64,000 nucleotides of DNA from Bacilli bacterium (GTDB lineage: Bacteria; Bacillota_I; Bacilli_A; RF39; UBA660). Below are positions 9,396 to 16,965 of this stretch, one piece after another; within the stretch, counting starts at the first letter, position 1; every line of letters begins with the position of its first letter. The DNA lies in contig JAFUBW010000004.1 of the NCBI GenBank assembly GCA_017459965.1, forward strand, positions 13,667 through 77,666, written 5' to 3'. A model generated the notes under the pieces. That model was not told the DNA's origin, searched no databases, and saw only the letters and a list, made by a program, of their open reading frames with translations. The position numbers and the translations under genes were made by a program.

Positions 9396-10375
9396 TAGAT
9401 CGCCTCCAAACATATTGCATGTGATACACTTGGTATACTCATTTTTTGATTAATAGTAGTTGGAGACATAAGTGCACCTGTTGCAATTAATAATACTTTT
9501 TTTATTTCTTTATTTTTCATTTTAGGAATAATGTCACTATAAACAACAAGTGGAAGACATGATGGACCTGATCCTCCTGCATATACATCATCCTTATAAT
9601 CATAAATCATAGTTGCAGAATCATCATAATTATCACCTAAAGTAATATCATATTCTTCTTTTACATATTCTTTAAATAAATCTTTACCATATTTACCTAA
9701 ATCACCTGTTAATATTAGATCATAATCACTTACCTTTGTTTTGGTTTGTTTTAAGTGTTCATTTAATGTATAAGCTGCACTTGGCGTCATGACACTACCC
9801 ATATCATATACATCATTTATTCCCATATCTATTACTTTTCCAATAGTTGCACTTTCTACTTTTATATTAGTTTTATTATTTGTAAGAAGCATTCCTGTTG
9901 AACCTGTTACTGTAAATGTTGTAGTTTTTGGTTTAGGTGATCCATATTCAACTGGATTTCTATATTGTCTTTCTGCAGTCATATTATGTGATGATGTTGT
10001 TATAATTGAATTTTTATCTTTATATTTATCTAAAATAGAAGATGCGATTAAAATTTCTTCACACATAGATGCACATGCATTATATACTCCTAAAAATGGT
10101 ATATTATATTTTTCAAAAACATAATTAGTTATAGTTATTTGATTCATTAAGTCTGATCCCATACCAAAAGCTATATCTTTTTCATTTTTATTTGTTTTAT
10201 TAAGTAATATATCTATTGCCTTTTTTAGTTCTTTTATTTCACATTTTTCAAATGTATCTTCATTATCATAAAAATCAGTAAATATATCATCAAATTTAAG
10301 TGGTCCATCTATAACAAAAGGACCTGCAACCGTAGATACATCTTCTACATATACATTATTAAACTTTATATTCAT
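9395..10375 (-). CDS. spoVAD: stage V sporulation protein AD
   Basis: 326 aa thiolase-like soluble protein positioned between spoVAC and spoVAE; its size and context are typical of SpoVAD. Confidence 0.85.
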   Translation of the reverse strand: MNIKFNNVYVEDVSTVAGPFVIDGPLKFDDIFTDFYDNEDTFEKCEIKELKKAIDILLNKTNKNEKDIAFGMGSDLMNQITITNYVFEKYNIPFLGVYNACASMCEEILIASSILDKYKDKNSIITTSSHNMTAERQYRNPVEYGSPKPKTTTFTVTGSTGMLLTNNKTNIKVESATIGKVIDMGINDVYDMGSVMTPSAAYTLNEHLKQTKTKVSDYDLILTGDLGKYGKDLFKEYVKEEYDITLGDNYDDSATMIYDYKDDVYAGGSGPSCLPLVVYSDIIPKMKNKEIKKVLLIATGALMSPTTINQKMSIPSVSHAICLEAI

Positions 10376-10378
10376 TTT

Positions 10379-10819
10379 CTACCCTCCAAAAAATAGGAAT
10401 CTAATTATTCCAAAAATATAGGCACTAACTACACCATAAAGTATTACACTTCCAGATAGTTTAAATATATTAGATCCTATTCCAAATACTAATCCTTCTT
10501 TTTTATATTCTAAAGCACTAGATGTAGTTGCATGTGCAAATCCACTTATAGGTACAAATAAACCTGCACCTGCTTTTGAAACCCAATTATCAAAAAAACC
10601 AAGTGCAGTAAATAAACATGATAAAAATATTATTGTAACCATCATTAAACTACCTGCTTCATTAATACTTATACCATCAAAACTTGAATAAATAGTTATA
10701 AGTATTTGACCAAGTAAACCAATTAAGCCACCTATTATAAATGCTACTACCATATTCTTTACTTTATTTTCTTTTGGAGAAAACTTTTCAGTTAATTTTT
10801 TATATTTTTCTTTTTCCAT
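10379..10819 (-). CDS. spoVAC: stage V sporulation protein AC
   Basis: 146 aa 4-TM protein; ...FVPISGFAHATTSSALEYKKEGLVFGIGSNIFKLSGSVI... is characteristic of SpoVAC. Confidence 0.85.
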   Translation of the reverse strand: MEKEKYKKLTEKFSPKENKVKNMVVAFIIGGLIGLLGQILITIYSSFDGISINEAGSLMMVTIIFLSCLFTALGFFDNWVSKAGAGLFVPISGFAHATTSSALEYKKEGLVFGIGSNIFKLSGSVILYGVVSAYIFGIIRFLFFGG

Positions 10820-10875
10820 AATAGTTCACCATTTGTAGTATTAACATTTTATTTTTATATATACAAAAAAAATAG

Positions 10876-11538
10876 CTAAGAAGCTATTTTTAAATTTAAT
10901 TCATCTAATATTTTCTTTTCCATTCTATAAACCTTTACTTGTGATGTATTGAGTTCACTTGCAATCTCTGTTTGTGTTTTACCATTATAAAATCTTTCAT
11001 TAATTAATTTTCTATCTTCATATGAAAGTTCACTTAATGCATCATTTAAACTTATTAAATCTATTAAATCTATTTTTTCTTCTTTACTTATTGTATCTTT
11101 TAATAATATTTCTTCATTATCATTTATTGGCTCATCTATTGATGATACATTTTGATTAGTATTAATAACATCTATTATCTTACTTTCATTTTCATTTAAT
11201 AAAAAGGATAATTCTTTAATAGTTGGATATCTATGTTTATTTTCATAATAATGATTACTAGCTATGTCTACTCTTTTTTTTAGTCTTATAAAATCTCTAG
11301 ATACTTTTATATTTTTATCATTTCTAATATATTCAAGTATTTCTCCTAATATATATTTTTCAGAAAATGTAGAAAATTTAATACCTAAGTTTTCATCATA
11401 ATTTTTAGATGCTTTAATAAGACCTAATTTACCAGCAGATATTAAATCTTCTTTATTATAATTATTTGAATATTTATTAACGATGAACATAATTTTACTT
11501 TCATATAACTTCATCATTTCATTAGTGAGTGTTAACAT
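10876..11538 (-). CDS. sigF: sporulation sigma factor, SigF-like (group 3 sigma-70)
   Basis: KFSTFSEKYILGEILEYIRNDKNIKVSRDFIRL and TSQVKVYRMEKKILDEL align by eye with B. subtilis SigF RFSTYAVPMIIGEIQRFLRDDGTVKVSRSLKEL and ISQVQVSRLEKKILKQI. It sits between a STAS gene and the spoVA genes, as in Bacillus. Confidence 0.75.
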   Translation of the reverse strand: MLTLTNEMMKLYESKIMFIVNKYSNNYNKEDLISAGKLGLIKASKNYDENLGIKFSTFSEKYILGEILEYIRNDKNIKVSRDFIRLKKRVDIASNHYYENKHRYPTIKELSFLLNENESKIIDVINTNQNVSSIDEPINDNEEILLKDTISKEEKIDLIDLISLNDALSELSYEDRKLINERFYNGKTQTEIASELNTSQVKVYRMEKKILDELNLKIAS

Positions 11539-11849
11539 ATACTAAATTCCTTATAAGCAGATAGTTCATCTTCTACATAATTAAATCTATCAATATAATT
11601 TCCATTATAATTACCACATATAAGCATTTGTCCATCGTTATCTTTAATTATATTTTCACATTCATTAAATAAGTCTACTTCTTCTTCTATTTCTAAATCT
11701 TCTAAGTTAAAAACTAAATACCGTATCCCACCCGATTTAATAACATCGATAATATCATTTTTTATCTCTATTTCATTAAATTTATTAATACTTCCAAACA
11801 ATCTAATAAATAATACACCTTTTGTAAATTCAATATTAAAATCTATCAT
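11532..11849 (-). CDS. STAS-domain protein, SpoIIAA-like (anti-anti-sigma F), atypical
   Basis: 105 aa. VLFIRLFGSIN and GIRYLVFNLEDLEIEEEVDLF align by eye with B. subtilis SpoIIAA VLCIRLTGELD and [21 protein letters not shown]. Its stop overlaps the sigF start. Confidence 0.6.
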   Translation of the reverse strand: MIDFNIEFTKGVLFIRLFGSINKFNEIEIKNDIIDVIKSGGIRYLVFNLEDLEIEEEVDLFNECENIIKDNDGQMLICGNYNGNYIDRFNYVEDELSAYKEFSIC

Positions 11850-12009
11850 ACTATAGCCTCCTTAGTTTCTTATTTATTAAAGCACTAATTAAATATAAAT
11901 AAAATATTTTAGACAAAACATGTCATTTTTTTTATATATTTTTTAATATTCATATTTTTTATATAGTCTTTTTAAGTAAAAAATGATATCATTATAATAG
12001 GTGGTTAGA

Positions 12010-12480
12010 ATGATTAAAAAAAATCTATTTCTTAATATTTGCATAATCTCATTAACATTTGTAATATCAATAATAGTAATATATTTATTATCGATGTCGT
12101 TATTTATTATGAAACATAGAGAATCTGATTATTATTTAATGGGTAAAGATAATATTCCTAGTATATATAAGGTCAATGGAAAAAGAAATCTATATTATTA
12201 CAAATCATCAAATAAAAATAATAATGATATTAAAGTATTTAAGTATAGAAATATAGAAGATGTTAAATCTGATTTAACAAACTATATTGATGAATTAAAA
12301 GATAATTATAACTATGCATACACATCAGATATTGATTTAAGTGATAATAATGGATCAATTGAATTAAGTTCTAATTCTGTTGATATTGATAAAATAATAA
12401 TCATAAATATTACATATGATAAAAGTAGTTATGTTATTAAAATTACTAAAGGAAAAGGAAATATAAATTTTTATAAATAA
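12010..12480 (+). CDS. N-terminally anchored hypothetical protein
   Basis: ATG at 12010 is preceded by GGTGG. It has one N-terminal TM (ICIISLTFVISIIVIYLLSMSLFI) and no recognised domain. Confidence 0.5.
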   Translation: MIKKNLFLNICIISLTFVISIIVIYLLSMSLFIMKHRESDYYLMGKDNIPSIYKVNGKRNLYYYKSSNKNNNDIKVFKYRNIEDVKSDLTNYIDELKDNYNYAYTSDIDLSDNNGSIELSSNSVDIDKIIIINITYDKSSYVIKITKGKGNINFYK

Positions 12481-12527
12481 TTGGAACTTACTATCTGTTA
12501 TTTTTATAAAATATAATAGGTGGTAAT

Positions 12528-13184
12528 ATGAAAGTTAATAAAACAATTATTACTACCATTGTAATAATTGTTTTTTCTTGTTTATTAAGTATTCTTTCAA
12601 GTGATTTTTTTATTGGTAGTGTAATTCTCTCTTCTGGAATATTAAATATTTGGTTTCAAACAAGTGGTAAATCATATAACTATATATTCGCATGCATATT
12701 TAATATATTTAATGCATATGTTTCTTATATTAATGGTTTATATGGGATTTTTGTTTTATCTTTAATACTATATTTACCATTAAATATTATTGGTTTTATT
12801 TCATGGAACAAAGAAAAAGATAAAAATAATATTGTTTTATTTAGAAAATATACTAAATATAAATCTTTAATAATAATTGCTTCTTCACTAATATTAAGTA
12901 TCATATTTGGATTATTACTAGGTATTAATAAAAAGCAAAAATTAGAATTTTTGGATTCTTCATCAAATATTTTAAATATATTTGGTATAGTATTGCTTAA
13001 TAATAGATTAAATGAGGGATGGATTATCTTACTTTTTAATAATATAATTGATTTATTAATATGGATAATTAATTTTATACACAAAAGTCCCAATTCATTT
13101 ATTATGATGATTGTTTCTATTTTTTATTTAATTATCAATATATATGGTATTTATAAATGGAAAAATGTTAAAACAATTGATTGA
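12528..13184 (+). CDS. pnuC: PnuC-family nicotinamide riboside transporter
   Basis: 218 aa, 7 TM segments. The spacing of conserved Trp/Asn (…NIWFQ…, …GFISW…, …IYGIYKW…) and the size match PnuC. Confidence 0.65.
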   Translation: MKVNKTIITTIVIIVFSCLLSILSSDFFIGSVILSSGILNIWFQTSGKSYNYIFACIFNIFNAYVSYINGLYGIFVLSLILYLPLNIIGFISWNKEKDKNNIVLFRKYTKYKSLIIIASSLILSIIFGLLLGINKKQKLEFLDSSSNILNIFGIVLLNNRLNEGWIILLFNNIIDLLIWIINFIHKSPNSFIMMIVSIFYLIINIYGIYKWKNVKTID

Positions 13185-13229
13185 TTTTAAACTATGTATA
13201 TAGTATAATTGTTTTCGGAGATGACATTA

Positions 13230-13760
13230 ATGAGTAAAAAAATAAGTATCATATTTATAGTAATAATATTATTATTAACAGGCTGTAATTCAAATAATAA
13301 TGAAGTAAAAATAAAAGCAAATTGTAAGGTTTTTGATTGTTTAAACAAAATTGAACCAGAAAATACAGTTGATGAAATAAATGAAATAATTGGTTTTGAT
13401 GGTGAAGTTACTGATGAAAAATATAAAATATATAATTGGCAATTAAATGAAACTGATAGTATTCAAGTAGCCTATTATTCATCAGACAAATCTCAAATTA
13501 AAATAAAATACGATAAAGAAAAAATTAAAAATAAAAAAGTTGATTTTTCTAATTATGAAAAAATAAAAGAAGATTTAAAAAAAGGTGTTAAGTATACTTA
13601 TAATGATTTAACTAAAAAATTTAAAACAAAAGGAAAATTAACTGGAAAGAGTTCTATATCAAAAAAATACACTTGGGTATCAGACAATGGTAGTTATTTA
13701 ACTGCGACTATTTCAAATAATGATAATAGATGTATATCTTTAATAGGTAAAATAAAATAA
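13230..13760 (+). CDS. lipoprotein, unknown function
   Basis: The ATG at 13230 follows GGAGA. The signal peptide with lipobox is IVIILLLTGCNS. Confidence 0.6.
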   Translation: MSKKISIIFIVIILLLTGCNSNNNEVKIKANCKVFDCLNKIEPENTVDEINEIIGFDGEVTDEKYKIYNWQLNETDSIQVAYYSSDKSQIKIKYDKEKIKNKKVDFSNYEKIKEDLKKGVKYTYNDLTKKFKTKGKLTGKSSISKKYTWVSDNGSYLTATISNNDNRCISLIGKIK

Positions 13761-13794
13761 TGAGTAATTAAACTCATTTTTTTTAAATATAATA

Positions 13795-13823
13795 TTGTAA
13801 AAGAAAAATTTTTTTGATATAAT
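13795..13823 (+). promoter_or_regulatory. sigma-A type promoter for the tRNA pair
   Basis: TTGTAA, 17 nt, TATAAT, ending about 16 nt before tRNA-Cys. Confidence 0.6.
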
Positions 13824-13839
13824 TGTTTACGAGTCAAAT

Positions 13840-13913
13840 GGGTCTATAGCCAAGTGGTAAGGCACGGGACTGCAACTCCCTGATCGTTGGTTCAAATCCG
13901 ACTAGGCCCTCCA
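13840..13913 (+). tRNA. tRNA-Cys (GCA), CCA encoded
   Basis: Hand-folded cloverleaf: acceptor GGGTCTA/TAGGCCC, anticodon loop CTGCAAC, T-arm GTTGG-TTCAAAT-CCGAC, 3' TCCA. Confidence 0.9.
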
Positions 13914-13917
13914 ATTT

Positions 13918-13992
13918 GCAGATGTAGTACAACGGCTAGTACGAGGCCTTGCCAAGGCTTAGACGGGAGTTCGACCCTCCTCATCTGCTCCA
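13918..13992 (+). tRNA. tRNA-Gly (GCC), CCA encoded
   Basis: Hand-folded cloverleaf: acceptor GCAGATG/CATCTGC, D-arm GTAC-AACGGCTA-GTAC, anticodon stem AGGCC/GGCTT with loop TTGCCAA, T-arm GGGAG-TTCGACC-CTCCT. Confidence 0.9.
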
Positions 13993-14036
13993 GATTAGTA
14001 GGAAACTCGCCACTTTTACGAGTTTTGTAATAAACG

Positions 14037-14061
14037 AACTAACAGAAATGTTAGTTTTTTT
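14037..14061 (+). terminator. intrinsic terminator after the tRNA pair
   Basis: AACTAACA-gaaa-TGTTAGTT followed by TTTTT. Confidence 0.7.
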
Positions 14062-14196
14062 GTTATGTAAAAGGGAGAGTGATATAAATGATAACAACGG
14101 AAACTAAAGAGTTAGAAATAAGTGAGAAACTAAAAAGAAAGGAAGATATGATATGGAATTATAAAATTATGATATAATAAACATTATTAAAAGGAA

Positions 14197-14895
14197 GTGA
14201 ACATTGTGATAGAAAAAATTAAAAATTTTATTTTAACAGATAATGGAATGGAAATTTTAAAATTGTTAGTAACTATTTCAATTGCATATATTACAGCAAA
14301 AATAACTGCAAGAAATTCAAGGAAAAATTTAACAACTCAATATTTTAAAGAAAAAGGTACTGAAATACAAGAAAAAGTATTAAGATTTTGGTGTGGCCTT
14401 TTTATAAACAATTTTAAAATTGTAGAATCATATATGGAAGCATTCAATGATAAAAAAATAAATGATGATACTAAAATATTAATAAATGTTCAAAAAGAAA
14501 GTTACGTTTATTGTTCTTCTAAAACAATTAGTGCAATAAAAGATTATCAACAATATTTATATAAATCAAAAAATATTATATATGAAGAAAATGCTAATGT
14601 TATTAATAAAAAATCTAAAAAAAGGCTATTTCAATATTTACAAAATAAGATAAATTTTGCTAATCAATTAATTTTAATAACAAGAATTATAAGCAGAATG
14701 AAGTATGATTTTACAGGAGAAAAAGTTGATGAACTTGATTTAATAAAAATAAAAATTAAAGATTTTAATTTAATATTAAAAATACTTTGTAGAATTACTT
14801 TATGGTATTTTAATATTAAAGATCTTTTCTTGAGTTTGTTGTTAATGTTTATTTTGTTATATATCGGTTATATAATGTATGTTAAATTTATTTAA
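14197..14895 (+). CDS. hypothetical protein with N- and C-terminal TM segments
   Basis: 232 aa. AAGGAAG RBS with GTG starts at 14197 or 14206. TM segments are ILKLLVTISIAYITAKI and LFLSLLLMFILLYIGYIMYV. No recognised domain. Confidence 0.5.
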   Translation: MNIVIEKIKNFILTDNGMEILKLLVTISIAYITAKITARNSRKNLTTQYFKEKGTEIQEKVLRFWCGLFINNFKIVESYMEAFNDKKINDDTKILINVQKESYVYCSSKTISAIKDYQQYLYKSKNIIYEENANVINKKSKKRLFQYLQNKINFANQLILITRIISRMKYDFTGEKVDELDLIKIKIKDFNLILKILCRITLWYFNIKDLFLSLLLMFILLYIGYIMYVKFI

Positions 14896-14910
14896 AATTC
14901 AAAATAGTAA

Positions 14911-15025
14911 CACACTACGCTATTGGCAGAGCCAATAACGAGTGTGCAAAGGGAAATCCCCCTTTTGAAACCCCTTTTCTGCATAATTAAGCAAGGGCAA
15001 GTCCAAGCAAAATTATGCTTTTTTT
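14911..15025 (+). ncRNA. candidate structured RNA / 3'UTR element ending in an intrinsic terminator
   Basis: Locally GC-richer. Long hairpin CACACT-ACGC-TATTGGC-aga-GCCAATA-ACG-AGTGTG (14911-14946). AAAGGG (14948-14953) is followed by two CCCCTTTT copies. Terminator GCATAATT...AATTATGC plus a T-run spans 14981-15025. No family recognised. Confidence 0.3.
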
Positions 15026-15143
15026 ATTTTCAATTTCATAATGAAAATAAAAAGATAAAATTCTATCGCCACTTTCATTTGCTATTGCAAACAAAACGTG
15101 CCACGAATCTTATCTAATTATTGTAAATCAATTGTATAAACAA

Positions 15144-15172
15144 TTGACTTTTTATTTTTTCCAAATTATAAT
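15144..15172 (+). promoter_or_regulatory. near-consensus sigma-A promoter for the 147-aa orphan gene
   Basis: TTGACT, 17 nt, TATAAT. The -35 overlaps the 3' arm of hairpin TCAATTGT-ataa-ACAATTGA (15128-15147). Confidence 0.6.
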
Positions 15173-15199
15173 TAAATTAGTCATATAAGGAGGTTTAGT

Positions 15200-15643
15200 A
15201 TGGGAGTAAGAGTTAATTTAGATTATGGTTATTATGAATATGATACAGCAGAAGAGCCAAAACAAGGTTTAATAGCAAAATTTGATTATGATGACATCAA
15301 TGATTCATTTTTGATGTATGATATGTTTGAAAGTGAATTTATTCCAAAGTTTGGATCTCTTTCACAATTTTTAAAAGAAAATGGTGACTATTTAAAACCA
15401 TATCAAGTTGATAAAAATGGTGAATTTACAACTGAAAATACAAGGATAATTGGAGGAACAAATATTCCAGCAGGAGCAATATTACCAATTATTACATCAT
15501 TATCAAAGTATCCTAAAGTTAGGATAACTGCTGGTGATACAAAAATTATGCCTGAAACAAGTCGTCAAGATATAATGAAAGCATTATATGAATTAAAGAA
15601 CAAAAAGCTTGAAGAAGAACAGAATAATAGCATGCATATATAA
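15200..15643 (+). CDS. acidic hypothetical protein (147 aa)
   Basis: Strong RBS AAGGAGG 7 nt before the ATG, its own promoter, and a terminator (AGATTAGA-tttc-TAATCT plus T-run right after the stop). No recognised domain. Confidence 0.6.
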   Translation: MGVRVNLDYGYYEYDTAEEPKQGLIAKFDYDDINDSFLMYDMFESEFIPKFGSLSQFLKENGDYLKPYQVDKNGEFTTENTRIIGGTNIPAGAILPIITSLSKYPKVRITAGDTKIMPETSRQDIMKALYELKNKKLEEEQNNSMHI

Positions 15644-15839
15644 TTAAGATTAGATTTCTAATCTTTTTTTATTTATAGTATTCCAATTTTATTAAAAAGT
15701 GATATACTTAATTTAGTTAGTAAGTTTATTAGTTATTATCGTCTAGTCTAATTGGTTGTTCGATTTCAACCATAAGGGCTCCATTATGATTATAAATACA
15801 CTAGTTAGTGTATTTTTTTAATAAAAAAATGAGTATATT

Positions 15840-16298
15840 TTACTCATTTTTTATATATTGTTTTAAAATTTTTGGTTTTTCTTTTAATAAATATTCTGAT
15901 AAATTAGTTTCTATTTCTGGTAAACTCTTTGGATCTAAATCTGATAAATTTACTACTTCTTTAGCAGTATCTATAGTTACTCTACCAAATATAAATCCTT
16001 TAAACACTTGAAAGTCATTAAATAAATCAGGTGTTATTGAGTTTAATCTATAACCTGGTAATACTCTTTTTTGTACAACTAATATTCTTTGTGTTGTGAA
16101 TGCTACTAAACATGTTGAAAATATATCAAATGCACTATCATTTTTTTGTGCTGGAAATATATATAATATTTTTTCATCAGGATTAATATGTTTAGACATT
16201 ACTTTAGCATGTTGTCTTACTCTCCAAGTAATAGTAAATGGATATTTTTTTAAAAATTCATTTGCTTTTTTATAAATTTCTTCTAACATAATACTCAC
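15840..16298 (-). CDS. bacterial PH-domain (YokE-like) protein, putative
   Basis: 152 aa. The pattern ...DEKILYIFPAQKN...CLVAFTTQRILVVQK...GRVTIDT... resembles bPH-domain proteins. Assignment is from memory only. Confidence 0.45.
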   Translation of the reverse strand: MSIMLEEIYKKANEFLKKYPFTITWRVRQHAKVMSKHINPDEKILYIFPAQKNDSAFDIFSTCLVAFTTQRILVVQKRVLPGYRLNSITPDLFNDFQVFKGFIFGRVTIDTAKEVVNLSDLDPKSLPEIETNLSEYLLKEKPKILKQYIKNE

Positions 16299-16345
16299 CT
16301 TTTCTTTAGTAAATTATACAATAAAAAAAGAATATTGACAATATA

Positions 16346-16870
16346 TTATTCAATATTCATTTCTTCATATTCATCTAAAATTTTAAGTGTTTCTAAAGCT
16401 AAATAAGTAGCTTTTGGATTTTCTTTATTATATTCTTTTAAAAGTTCTCTTGCCTCTTCCATATCTATATAGAACGCTCTTAAATCATCCCTTTTTTCTG
16501 GAATAGTAAGATTAAAATATTGTATATCGTCTTTAGATGTAAATCCAGTAAAATAATATGTATTAACTAATCTATTTACTATATTACCATCATTTGATTC
16601 ATAATCTCTTAAATAATTCTTAACAAGTGCGAAAGGTTCTGTATCATCTAAAAGTATATCAATATTAGTTTCTTCTTTTAATTCTCTCATAACAGCCTCA
16701 GCAGGTGTTTCATCTAATTCTATTTTACCGCCTGGTAAAAAATATACTCTTTCAAAATGACTTAGTACAAATTCTCCATTATCATTTCTAAGCACTATTC
16801 TAGCTTTGTCAAGAACTTCTGTTATTTCATCTGGTTTTAATCTAGACTTATTAATTACTATCTCTTTCAT
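16346..16870 (-). CDS. NUDIX hydrolase
   Basis: The Nudix box GGKIELDETPAEAVMRELKEETNI fits GX5EX7REUXEEXGU. Confidence 0.85.
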   Translation of the reverse strand: MKEIVINKSRLKPDEITEVLDKARIVLRNDNGEFVLSHFERVYFLPGGKIELDETPAEAVMRELKEETNIDILLDDTEPFALVKNYLRDYESNDGNIVNRLVNTYYFTGFTSKDDIQYFNLTIPEKRDDLRAFYIDMEEARELLKEYNKENPKATYLALETLKILDEYEEMNIE

Positions 16871-16965
16871 GTTACCCTCCGATATTCATAATTATTATAA
16901 CATTTTCTTAATATAGTATTAACAAATATGGAAATTTTTTACATAATTTTTACAAAAAAAAAGAT

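Noticed and set aside
11909-11915. Spo0A-box-like heptamer (TGTCTAA in the minus sense, versus consensus TGTCGAA) upstream of the spoIIAA-like gene.
   Set aside because: It is a single 6/7 match in AT-rich DNA, which is expected by chance. It cannot be supported without more copies or conservation.
12481-12527. Possible NAD+ (pnuC-motif) riboswitch upstream of pnuC.
   Set aside because: Only 47 nt separate the preceding stop from the pnuC ATG, and I could not recognise the conserved motif from memory. There is no supportable structure.
14923-15117. 64-aa plus-strand ORF in the intergenic region after the 232-aa gene.
   Set aside because: It has no RBS, starts inside a strong hairpin, and reads through two terminator hairpins. 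The region is better explained as structured non-coding sequence.
13993-16300. An integrated mobile element or prophage remnant at the tRNA pair.
   Set aside because: I found no integrase, recombinase, transposase or phage gene, and no direct repeat of the tRNA-Gly 3' end. Only a dissimilar tRNA-like fragment lies at 15741-15783. I report it as an orphan islet, not as a mobile element.
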